Assembly: GCA_002104905.1 (NCBI GenBank)
Contig: MCFE01000044.1
Location: 135,527 to 199,526, forward strand
Direction of reading: 5' to 3'
Length of the DNA: 64,000 bases
DNA from: Basidiobolus meristosporus CBS 931.73
Taxonomy: Eukaryota; Fungi; Basidiobolomycota
Shown: positions 25,116-36,639 of the stretch, one piece after another
Layout of the letters: each line of letters starts with the position of its first letter
How positions within the stretch are numbered: position 1 is the stretch's first letter
Notes under the pieces: generated by a model
Seen by the model: only the letters and a program-made list of their open reading frames with translations
What the model was told of the DNA's origin: nothing
Database searches by the model: none
Translations under genes and position numbers: made by a program

Positions 25116-27842
25116 ATGCTTGCTGTTGCGGATCCTGCGATGACAACCGAGCCTGCAGCAGGGGTGAACGGGATCGAAACAGAAGATTCAAACTCCCAAC
25201 CTGAGGTTGCGGTAATCTACCCCCCTCCCGATGTTCGAAGTATCCTTTTTGTTCAGTCACTTGAGAAAGAGCAGCTTGTTTATGAGTGCTCCGTGCAGAT
25301 TGGATTTTTTGGCGGCAAAAGAAGCCCGTTTTCTGAACTGATTATGGTCAATTCACCCTTCCAGTGGTATCCTTAACCCATCCTTTACTTTGTTTACAGC
25401 CGTCGTCGATAAAGCTGCGTCATTTGTGGCTCGTAATGGTATCCAGTTTGAGGAGCGCATTAGAGAGAGATCAAGGACTGAACCAAAATTTTGTTTCTTA
25501 AATCCCAATGATCCTTATCACGCGTATTATCAACTAAAGATCAAAGAGTTCAAGGAAGGAACAGGTAAGGATTGCTGCTGATCACAGCTTGGTACATTGA
25601 TATACGCCTGTACCTAACCAGCTATAGAACACACGGACTAACCCCTCTTCATAGCTCCCGCGCAACCTGTAGTTAAGGTAGAGCAGGAAACGACTATCGT
25701 CGAGCCAGCTCCCAAGATCGTACCAAAAGAGCCGGCACCATTTGAATTCATTTGTGAGATGCCAGCTATTTCGGCTCAAGATCTGTAAGTTAGCATCTGT
25801 ATACCTAGTCACCGATCCGAAAACTTTGATCCTCATACTCACGTGAATCCGGCTAGGGACATTCTGAAGTTAACCGCGCAGTTTGTCGCACGTAACGGTC
25901 GCCAGTTTATGAATTCATTGGCCCAAAGAGAACAGCGCAATTATCAATTCGATTTCTTGAGGCCAAACCATAGTCTTTTCAATTACTTCACCAAGCTGGT
26001 GGAGCAATACACGAGAGTCTTGCTGCCACCTAAGGACTTGAATAGCAGACTCAAAGAGAACGCCGAGAACAAGTATCAGGTATATTTCAATGTTAAGCCC
26101 GTGGCGCCTATATCGAGTTACTTAGCATCAATCGGATCGATTAGGTCATTGATCGAGTTATGGAGCGCGTGGAGTATGTTACTTACATGGAGGCTGAGAA
26201 GAAAAAGGCGGAAGATGAGGAGGAGCAGGAAAGACGTAAGTATACACAGTAGGGCCAGTTTGTTGAGAAGCGTCTGGAAACTAACAAGGTTGCTGTTTTC
26301 AGTCGCCTACGCTACCATCGATTGGCATGACTTTGTTATTGTGGAGACGGTGGAGTTCTTAGAGGCTGACGAAACCATGGAGCTTCCACCACCCATGAGC
26401 TTGACAGAGCTCGAAAGTATGTCTCTGGCTCAAAAGAAAATGGCATCGATGTTTGGTCCGGAATCGACTGTGGAGGACAAGAGTGGGGATGTGGATATGG
26501 ATGTAAGCGCTGTTGCTTTATTCTGGCGAATGACCTGCACCTGTGCTTAACTATATTAATACTGAATTGTTTAGATGGATGATGATGTCGACATGGAAGA
26601 CGATGATGGGCCAATTGTGGAGGTCAAACCTCCGGATGCCACCGGCCCCATCAAGATTCGTAAAGATTATGTTCCCAAAGCACTTGCCGGCAGAGCACCT
26701 TCATCTTCAGAGCCAACTCAAATCTGTCCACGCTGTAACCAGGCGATCCCTGTGTCAGAGATGGATGAGCACGTTCGTATTGAACTTCTCGATCCTAAGT
26801 GGAAGGAACAAAAAGAGGCCGCAGAGGCTAAGAAGAAGGATAGCAACTTGTTGCAAGAAGGAACCGACGTGGCTAAATACCTTCAGAACTTTGCCGATTT
26901 CCGTTCGGATGTGTTCGGTAGCGAGGAAGTTGGAATCGGCCAGAAGGTTGGTGAGGATGCTGCCAGGCAGAGGCAGGAGGAGAAGAGTAAAGTCATTTGG
27001 GATGGTCATTCTACATCCATCAATATTGCCACACAGCGAGCACAAGCAGGCTCATCCTTCGAGGAACAGATTGCAAATATCCATAGAAGCAAGGGTCTCA
27101 TCGGAGAGACTGAACATGGCTTTGGCCCACAGCACCCCAACCAGCCTGGAGTTGCTCAGCACCCTCCCGTCGCATATCCTTACGGACAACCACCCATGCC
27201 AGCTGCGCCTGGCGGCGTACCACCTGTTCCTGGTGCTCGGCCCATGTATCCTGGATACCCTTATTCTCAGCCTATACCAGGGTATCCTGGTATGCCGCCA
27301 CCAATGGGCATGTATCCTGGACCAGGGTTCCCACCTAATGGCCCCGGAGTCCCACCGCCTCCACCAATGGCCGGTTACGGCCAGCCAGGTGATGAAGAGT
27401 ATGCTGAAGGACCAGATAGCAAGAAGTTCAAGACCGAAACCTCCCTATTTGTATCTGCAGACGAGTGGTTGAGCACACATCCGGTAGAGTATTCAGCGTA
27501 GCAGCTTTACAGCAGCCACTTGACTGACCTCATTTTGTGAATACATAGGGACCTGCCACGCTCTACATTCAAACCCCGGCCGTGCCAGATAAGCCAGAGT
27601 GGAAGCTGAATGGGGAAACGCTCACACTGGAAGGGCTGGAGCTAAGCTCTCTGGTGTCGGAGCTGAAGCAGAGAGTAGCCGATCTTCTTGGAATGCCATC
27701 TGGGCGACAGAAGATCACCACTCCCCCGGGCAAAACGACCAGCAACATCCCAATGAAGAATCAACTTTCCTTAGCTTACTACAATATTCAAAATGGAGAT
27801 ACATTGATATTAGGAATGAAGGAACGAGGTGGAAGGAAGTAG
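25116..27842 (+). CDS. SF3A1: Splicing factor 3A subunit 1 (Prp21), multi-exon
   Basis: Two SURP domains (IYPPPDVR..VDKAASFVARNGIQFE; DILKLTAQFVARNGRQF), PRP21_like_P region (YATIDWHDFVIVETVEF; VRIELLDPKWKEQ) and a C-terminal ubiquitin-like domain ending KERGGRK*. Confidence 0.96.
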
Positions 27843-28093
27843 ATCGTTCAATGGAATCCAAATGAATTTGTCTACTTGTATAAAATAATCAATGATCATA
27901 TTAGTATAAAATTCAATAAAACTCCATGAAAATGGACTCGTTTTCTGATGGTGTGAGCTTACTCACCCATCCCTTTCTGATTGAAACCATGGTTCCCGTT
28001 GCTTCGCGAAGTTTATGGAACGAAAGGGCTGGGGCTTTATTGACTGAGTCAACGACGTGGTGATCAAAATCTGTGCGGGCCGAAGAAGTGTGG

Positions 28094-28744
28094 TTACACC
28101 TCTGGTAAAATCATGGTCACATATACACTTGACTGCTTTAGCTGGCGCTCCCACACCGTTTCCCCCGTTTCGCAGTTCAACCCAAATACCTTGTTCCCGG
28201 CACCCACATACACCAACTGTCTGGCAAGGTCGAACAGCAAAGTGGGCAACCCTCTTCCACCGCCAGAGAGACGATTTTCCCAAACCAACTGGCCACTCTG
28301 CAGGTCCAGGCCGCGGACATTCCCGTGGGAGCCAACGAATACCATGGAGTTGAGAAACTGCCGACTATCTGCAGCGTTTGCAAATAAATCCCCGCTAGAG
28401 GAGTGGCCAGTGTGAGGCGAGTATGGGGGCAGGGTAGGTTTGCTGGTCAGTACAGCGATGGATAGATCTTCATAACCCATCCCAAGGAGCTTGTCCTTCA
28501 ATAACATTGTCCCATCGACGCAGCTGAGGGCGAACAGCTTTCCTTTCACCCCAGCATAGAGTACCTCACACTGCGCTACGTCGCAAAACAGCGAGATTAA
28601 ACTATTCCTAGAGCTGATTCGAGTCTTCCAAACAACGGACCCGGTGTACCGCTCCAAGCCGTACACTCGGCCACCAACCGCACATATTAGAAGGTTGCCT
28701 GGATGGTAAGGGGTGCTTCCCTGGCATTCAGCGATAAGTGTCAT
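28094..28744 (-). CDS. PQQ-like beta-propeller repeat protein with two tandem modules; 3' end uncertain
   Basis: Repeated blade motifs: GRVYGLERYTGSVVW, GKLFALSCVDGTML, GNVRGLDLQSGQLVW and NKVFGLNCETGETVW. Confidence 0.75.
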   Translation of the reverse strand: MTLIAECQGSTPYHPGNLLICAVGGRVYGLERYTGSVVWKTRISSRNSLISLFCDVAQCEVLYAGVKGKLFALSCVDGTMLLKDKLLGMGYEDLSIAVLTSKPTLPPYSPHTGHSSSGDLFANAADSRQFLNSMVFVGSHGNVRGLDLQSGQLVWENRLSGGGRGLPTLLFDLARQLVYVGAGNKVFGLNCETGETVWERQLKQSSVYVTMILPEV

Positions 28745-29447
28745 GGTATTGACTGGTGGTGGAGTTGATTGACATAAATGGGATGATGACCAAATACATG
28801 ACTAATTCCGATGCGAGTTGACCCGGTCACATGACCGGCATTGGGTAAACTGCCTGGTGGACACCCCGACTACTGGAGAGCGGAGATTCTCAGATCAACA
28901 CACTGACGAGAAACCGTCCTCCGTACGAGTCGCCCTTCGCTATCACACACGACAAGTCGAGTCCAACGAGTTTTTAATCAATTGATGGATGATGCTTGAT
29001 TCAATCAATGTGTAGGGCTCAGTTGACTTTGGCGCGAGTGATTGATCTGTAAAGTCGAGCCAGGAGTGGCAAGCATGTACCTTGGTAGTGGTGATGTGAG
29101 GTGGTGCCACAAACTACGAAATAAAAGCTTATTACATTGTTGCCTCGCGCAGCAGATGCCCCCGGGACTTCAGCATGGATAGAGTGAGAAGTAGGAAAAC
29201 GAATGGGAATCAGATACGCGAATTGGTTACTGATCAGCGAGCTGATGCGGCGGGGGAGGTGGTGTTTGAATTGGAGAGAGTGTATATATTATCTAAGACT
29301 ATCTAGCCGTATGTTTAGGGTCGCCTTGGAGTTTGGAATTGAACTCTCTCGAAAACTCTTTAAATATCGGCCAACGCTGTCTCCCAATCCCTTGCCGAGG
29401 GATTTTCTACGCCACGAAGATCTACTCCATTCACGGTTGCCTCCCAG

Positions 29448-30695
29448 ATGCAGCATCTACCCTATTTTAGTGAGCTAGAAACTGAAGCCTGCCCTCCTTC
29501 CACCCAGGTAGACAACCCCGTATTCAATCTATACCCCTCTGAACAAACGTCCAGCGAACCTGAGAGTCCTGAATTCTTCCAGGGGGCCACCCTTCCCAAC
29601 AGCACTCTATTGCTTGAAGATGAGACGCGTCGTGGTTAGTTTGCTCGTCCCTGACTCCCCTTGACATCACTGAGCTCACCATCTCCAGATTATTTAAGCG
29701 CCTTTCAACCCATCCAATTGTCCGGCCCAAGCTACTTCCTTGAAAAGGTATCACCCTATATACCCACCACCACCAACGATCTATACATGCCAAGGTCCCA
29801 GCCAAAGGCGTTGCAGCAGACGCCTGCCGATCTTGCCATGAGCTATGCCATGGGATCGGCCCTGCCCACCTCCAGCCCAGGGCCATCCCGAGATCCTTAC
29901 ATCTTCCTTAACAGCGAGGGGAATGCGACTTTTCCCGAGGGGAATTCTGGTGGGTGCGATGTTGTCCCACCATCGCGAAACAAAGCTAACCGCCGCCTCC
30001 ATATAGACTATCATTATTATCATCCACGCCTTGTTCCCGAACTCGTATCCGACTTCAACTCAGGTAACAAATCAATCGCCCTGCCTTAAAACACATCATA
30101 CTCAGATTCCATGCCAGAGGTGCCACTAAGCCACACCGAGCCGATGTGGAATTTCGGTAGAGCATTGAAGGTTCAGCCGTATCAATCCAATTCATGCTTT
30201 TTTAATCTACCGCATAATCAAACCAACCACGACGACGATCGCCCACCGAAGAAGAAGGCCCGCACCGCCTCTGTGAAGAAGCCGGCGGACAATCGGGAAT
30301 GCTCCAACTGCCACTGCACAAGCAGTCCGAGTTGGCGAAGATGTGAGGCTGGTCAGATGCTGCTTTGCAACGCGTGTGGTTTATAGTACGTCTCCATCCC
30401 ACCCCCATTATCGGCCGTTGATCTCTGGTATTAATGTTCAGATTCCCACCATTTTCCTTACCTGTTTAGCCAGAAGCTTCACCATCGACCAAGGCCATGG
30501 TACGTATCAAGCAACGGTCAGATCAAGGTACTGAGGAGCACCACGAACCATCAAAATTGTGCGAACTGCGGTACACAGGACACCCCGCTGTGGAGGCGTG
30601 GGGAGGACGGACAGGTTTTGTGCAATGCTTGTGGGTTGTTTCTAAAGCAGCATAAAACCCAGCGTCAATTACACAGCCAAGACGCTGTGTGCTGA
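29448..30695 (+). CDS. GATA transcription factor with two zinc fingers, multi-exon
   Basis: CSNC-x18-CNAC ([30 protein letters not shown]) and CANC-x17-CNAC ([27 protein letters not shown]). Stop TGA at 30693-30695. Confidence 0.88.
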
Positions 30696-30872
30696 ATCTC
30701 GGAATGTTTCGAGCGAGGTCAACTTCATGAACAGTCTATCTCTTAAAAATTATCAACCTTATCTTCCCACCAGCTTTTGAAAAAAATAACCCCCTTAACT
30801 TTATCTTCTTTATTTGCCTTTTTTTCAGTGTGAAATAAACCCTTTTGTAGTGTTTTCAAGTATATCTATGCT

Positions 30873-31404
30873 TCATGGCTTCTCTACCACCACCGAAACC
30901 CCCGACTGGCTGGAGTAACCCTGGATTCTGGGCCCTAGTAGGGAGTCGGTTTCCTCTGAGGGACAGTTACTTCGGTCGTAATCGAAGGAACTAATAGAGG
31001 AGTCGAAGAAAGAGTCAGTGCTAGAGCTCATCGTCACAGAAGCGGCGTCTGATACTTCATACTGCTGCATGGAATTCCCCTTGTGCATGGAGTAGGAGGC
31101 GCAGTTCGGGTCTTCCTGTGGGTTAGAAGGGAAATACGCTTTGTACTGGCAGAGAGAAAAGAAAAGATCAATGAACTCTAAGTAAAGAAACGTTTGAAAT
31201 GGACCTCACTATTACTAGAAGCACTCCAATAGCCGCAGCGAAAAGAACGAGTAGCTCGACACGGCCCAAGTAGTAGGTAGAAACGAGCAGACTGCCCATT
31301 AGAAGGATCCCGCCAGAGAGAGTTTTCAGGAGATTTATTGGTTTGGTGTTTTGGCAACGCCTCATCATTAAATACCTCTGGCTGCCTGTTCCATTGTTTA
31401 GCAT
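30873..31404 (-). CDS. Uncharacterised small membrane protein, two exons
   Basis: Hydrophobic exon (GGILLMGSLLVSTYYL..LLVLFAAAIGVLLVI) is joined through a GTGAGG...CCAG intron in frame to YKAYFPSNPQEDPNC...EETDSLLGP. Confidence 0.6.
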
Positions 31405-31615
31405 GATCCTAGGGGAAATTGATGTGCCACCGCTATGAAGGTGTAAGCACTCGGCCAATAAGTTGTCGAAAAAGAACCATGCATTGATGTGAGCCCACGG
31501 CAGCCTCCAAGTGTCCGTTTGATTGGCTTAGACTATTTACGAGAAGAAGCATCAATATCCTCAGGGATGGTAACACAAGGGGATTTTATTCTCGGGTTAG
31601 AATGGTAGCCCTCAG

Positions 31616-32988
31616 CTATGAACTATATCGAGTTCTATCGTACTGTTCTGGGGTGGGGAATACCGGAACATTGTAAGGCTCACGCTCATCCATATACCTT
31701 TCAGGCATCGGCATTCCCATAGTGTCATTAGAATGGTTGTTCGCAGTTGGAAAGGCTGGGAACGGTGTTGGGAACTCCACGTATGGATCTGGCATCGACA
31801 TGTTCATGTGGTTAGTTGAAAGCCCGTGGTCCAGCGCAGGGAATGGAGGTGCTTGCAATCCATTCCAACCTAGGACCTAATATTTGAATTAAGAAACCGA
31901 TCAAGTGAAGATCCAATGTTTCAGGTGCTTACTGGAGGTCCAGAATGTTGTGCTTCGGTTGAGGGTGCATGCTCCTTCCTTTGGGTCGGATTGTGGCCAA
32001 GCGGAAGAGTTGGGGAATCATTTGATTGATTGATTGGAGGCAATGGCTTTTCTGCGAATGAAGGGAAACTCTGGGTAGAGGAAAGTGGCGGAGGTTGCGT
32101 GGGCTTTTCATTGTACGACTGATGTATAGGCTGCTTCCAGTTATCGGAATTGGAAGGTGAAGGCCCAGATGATTTCGTTGGAATAGCCCCAATCCCTTGA
32201 GAACCAGGCTTACCAGAGATATCTGCATTCAAGCTTAATGACGAGGTATTGGATACCAAGTTTTGCAACGCATCCTGCGAAGGGGTGGTGAGAGCTGGGT
32301 TGTTTGATGGCTGGCTTAGTGGCTTAGTGGTAGAGGCCGGACCGGGTTTCATTGTTGCGCTGTGATTGGCTGCAATGGGATTAGTATGGGTTGGCTTCGC
32401 TGCAGCCGCTTGTGGTCTTACAGCCAGATTAACCGGTACTGGAGTAGAAGCTACAGGCTTCTTTCCGTCATCAGTAGGTTTGCGTGAGCCATCCTAGAAA
32501 AGAAAAGATTTCAATGGGAGAGCTTCAACAGAAGCGTAGGATAAAAACTCACTGATGGGTAGTACGTGAATTCCAGATAAATCTCACCCGCTGCAGTACC
32601 CTTATTAGTTATGGGAAACCAGGCTTCCAAAGGATTAGCGAAATTCTACTTGAAGAAATAAGGTGGAGCGGTGAGAATTACCGTCATAGGTGTACTGGGC
32701 GAGGATTTTCTTAAGTTCCAATACACACTCTCCGATAAACGCATGAGTTCTTAGGTTTTCATCATAGCACTGAATTCCCAATCTGTCGCGCCCTTCCACA
32801 ATATTGAAGGTGACAACTTCGTTCCAGGTGGGTTTTTGGCCACCGTTATCGTCGGCCCGTATGCGCTGGGCATTAGCATTGTATTCGAACTGCAAGAAAG
32901 GATCTTGCTTTCCGACCTTTTGAACCACCATCAGGTCACGACCGCCGCAGCATTTTACCTCCAATATTCCCTGTACCTTTGTAGTCAT
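31616..32988 (-). CDS. C2-domain protein with Pro/Ser-rich tail (Fic1/Inn1-like architecture), multi-exon
   Basis: C2 motifs GKQDPF, GGQKPTWNE, CYDEN...FIGEC and WFPITNKGTAAGEIYLEFTYYP, then low-complexity Pro-rich exons. Confidence 0.8.
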
Positions 32989-33368
32989 GAAAGCAGAAAT
33001 GAAGTAACTGTGTTCAAGTTGCGAGAGTCAAATCGTCTCGTATAAATACCCCCCTTGGATGCAGGTCTATACCCCTTCTATCCATGGCCATTATCCTGAG
33101 ACATGTGACGAAAATAGCCTGTGTGACATTGGCTATCTCTGCCACACTGTACCTTTGTGAACCCTTGATCATGTCTTGAAATATAAACACCAGACAGCCA
33201 GTACAGTTTGCCTATTGAGCATAACATAAACACTGGTGGACATTGAGCACCTTGCAAGTCACAATTTATGAAACCCAGTTTGGGTAACACCACCACATCA
33301 CGACAACATGATTATAATTATTGACTGAGCTTACAACGTGTGGGCGAATCTTCCTTCGATGCAATCAT

Positions 33369-36300
33369 TTAGGAGGAAATAGCGAGTGATTTGTGAGGGA
33401 GAGTAAGGGCTTCTTGAAGAATCTGCTTCTGTTCGTCCAAATGCCTCACATAAATCCCATTGGCCGGGGCAGCACACGCAGCCCGGCCAACATACTTGAG
33501 CTTGCAATGGTCCGGGAGAATCTGATTAAACCTCGGCTCCATGAAAGACCATGCACCGCCATTCTGAGTCTCCTCTTGGCACCAAACGAAGTCCGACACC
33601 CCAGAGTATTTCGCAATCTCCGCCTCCAAGTCGTCCTTGGGAAACGGGGTGAGCTCCTCCACTCTTACCAGGGCAATTTGATCGACCAGTGCCCTCTTGG
33701 TCTTTTCTTCTAACAATTCATAATACAATTTCCCCGAGACAAATATCACTCTACGCACCAACAGTCTATTCGCATGGATATCCGGAAGTACCGGCTGGAA
33801 GGAGGTCCCGGGTATGAAATCACTCATCTCTGACACTGCTAGTGGAATGCGAGTTAAGCGCTTAGGTCCGATGACGATAAGGGGCTTGCGGAAATTGCGT
33901 TTCATTTGACGACGCAGAACGTGGAAATATTGAGCAGGTGTAGAGCAGTTGACCACATGCCAGTTTACGTTGTTGCTAATGCTCGGGTTGGTGAGGTCGA
34001 AACGGTCACTAGAGAGCTGCAGGAAGCGTTCGATGCGGCTTGACGTATGCTCGGAACCCGCACCCTCGTACCCATGGGGAAGAATCAGTACTAAGCCAGA
34101 CTGACGTAGCCATTTCTCTTCTCCTCCCGATAGGCAACTGTCGATTACTTCCTGAGCCGAATTACAAAAATCCCCGATCTGGGCCTCCCATATGTTCAGT
34201 CTGTCTGGAGTTTCCAGGGACATCCCGTACTCATAACTCAGCACTGCCAGCTCCCCAAGTGGGCTATCCACTAGTTCGAGTTTCCGTCTATTTCCTGCAA
34301 GTGCATTCAGAGGAGTGTACTTGATATTAGTCTGCTGACAGTTGATCATTGCATGCCTTGCAATAAACACTCCTCGGGCCACATCCTGCCCGCAGAGTCT
34401 CGCATTGTATCCTTCAAGAAGGAGAGACCCTATGGCCATTGCCTCTGCAGTAGCGTATCCTATATTCTTTCCACTTGACATTTGCTCCAAGCGGGGTTCG
34501 ATGTTGAGCTTTCTCATTTTTTCATTGACCTGGATCTCTTCAGTAACTGTTACTGATTGGATCCCGATTTCACGCAGAAGATTCTCTTCCACGCCGGTAT
34601 TCATCTTGCTAACAGTTTCCAGCGGAATAACCATCGACCTCCATTTTCCCTGCATGCAAGATAGCTGGCCTTGAGAATATGGGGCTCTGCGATAGCATCT
34701 CATGATGTGTGCGTCATGCTTCGCCTTCATATCTGCAACAATCGAGGCGGAAGCGATTACCTTTTCTGCAGCGAGCTGTGAAGCGTACAAGTTGATTACG
34801 CTCTTGTGCATCTCGATCTCTTTGTACATCAAAGGTTGGGCACAGAATGGATCCTCAGCCTCGTGGTGTCCATGGCGACGATAAGTCACCATGTCAATGA
34901 TGATGTCCTTCCCAAAGGTCTTGCGGTAGTTGACTGCAATTCTACCTGCGATGGCTGCCAACTCCGGATAGTCACCGTTCACATGAATGACTGGGGTGTC
35001 GACCATTTTGCCTATATCCGACGAATACATCGTAGAGCGGCCGTTGGTGGCATCGGTAGTCACGCTAACCTGATTGTTGAGTATAATATGAATACTACCA
35101 CCAGTGGTAAAGTGTGGAAGGTTGGACAGACCAAATGTTTCAGCGACCACTCCTTGCCCGGTGAAGCCTCCGTCGCCATGGATCTGAACACTCATCACCA
35201 TATCCTCAGCATCTTTTCCATAGTCAGCCTGTTTAGCCCTTACTTTGCCAAGAGCAATAGGGTTCACAAGCTCCAAGTGGCACGGATTAGGAACCACGGA
35301 TATGTGTAGTGGACAAGCGCCACCGAGGTTTAAATCCACCGAGGCGTCGGAATTGTACACCAGATCCCCAATCAAGTGATCAGATGCACCCTCTGGAAAC
35401 TCCGAGAGCCCTTGGAATTTACGGAACAAGACTTCTCTAGGGACGCCAAGGAGCTCCATCATGACCTGCATACGACAGCGATGTGTTAGACACATCACCA
35501 CCTCGACTACTCCCGATCTACTAGCTTGCTCAAGGACCTGCTGAAGAGCCACCAATGCTCCTTCAGAACCTTCCAGGCTGAACTGCTTTTGGTGGCCACA
35601 TTCGCGCTTCATGAAATGATCGAAAGTCTCTGACCTGGCCATCAGCTCCAAAAACCGAATCTTCTCGTCTCTAGAAAATTCGGTGGCGATGCAGGTTTCC
35701 GCTTGACGAGCAAACCATCTCCGAAGATCATTGTCCTATCATTTGTGATCAGCCCGGGTTCTGGTAACTCCGCATCCGACAGGAAGGACCTACCGCAATA
35801 TGCATGAACTCGAACGATATGGGGCCGCAATAAACTTCATCCAAGTGACGAATGATATTCGCGAGAGTTGTGTACCTCTTTCCCTGGATATCCAAGATTC
35901 CTGAAGATCCGATCAATACCACGATCGGCAGCATCATAAAGTGGGCCTTACCCTCCAGTTGGTATTCAGCATTTGGATCGTCCAAACCATACAGCTCGGG
36001 CTCTAATGATGGGTCGCGTCTAGATGAACATACAGTCAGTTGCTACGTTTTCGTGGTGTTTCCCTGAGATCAAGCTTACCCTCGGTGCCACATATTCAAG
36101 GGGTCCAGCGACGCGCATTTATGACCAAAAGTGCGATATGCCTCTACGAGGCGAACAAGATTGCAATTTGTAACTCGATTGGCCTTCTCAGAGGCAGTGT
36201 CTGATGCAAATTCATTAGTATTTGACAAATTGTCAGATCTATTCCAGGCTTACATTCTAGGTTGGGGGCCTTTTTGATGGCTCGAGCTCCGTAAAAGGTA

Positions 36301-36407
36301 GATCTATTCGGAATTGGTATGGGCATAGCGGTGGGCATTTCAACGTGCTTAATTTGGGTGACTATCACACTTATATCCAATCGCCGCTTGAAACTCTTAT
36401 TTCCCAT
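33369..36407 (-). CDS. 2-oxoacid dehydrogenase E1, DHTKD1 (2-oxoadipate) clade, divergent; four 5' introns
   Basis: NRVTNCNLVRLVEAYRTFGHKCASLDPL, YCGPISFEFMH, NPCHLELVNP, HGDGGFTGQG...NNQ, WEAQIGDF and PHGYEGAGSEHTSSRIERFLQ. The exons join in frame into the 760-aa ORF. The start codon is approximate. Confidence 0.88.
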
Positions 36408-36639
36408 GTTGATGCCATTTCAATATCCGTACTCATGCATCGATCGACCACGTTTGAGGTTTATCTACATCGTGGCGGGTGATTTGTCTGTGTTGGGGGA
36501 GGTTTATCAAAGTTTTCATATTCACCTTGCTAGTCCAAACAAGCTCTATCTCAATTCCGCTATACAGCGTCTTTATTTAAATAATTGTATTTCTAATGAT
36601 AATTCAAAATGGTGTTTCCATTGATTCTAATCCAAATTC

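Noticed and set aside
26543-27472. 309-aa plus-strand ORF overlapping SF3A1 in another frame
   Set aside because: Off-frame shadow of a Pro/Gly-rich exon, with no domain and a non-ATG start.
33369-36407. E1 gene as a frameshifted pseudogene
   Set aside because: The apparent breaks in the ORF track resolve as four GT-AG introns with compatible phases.
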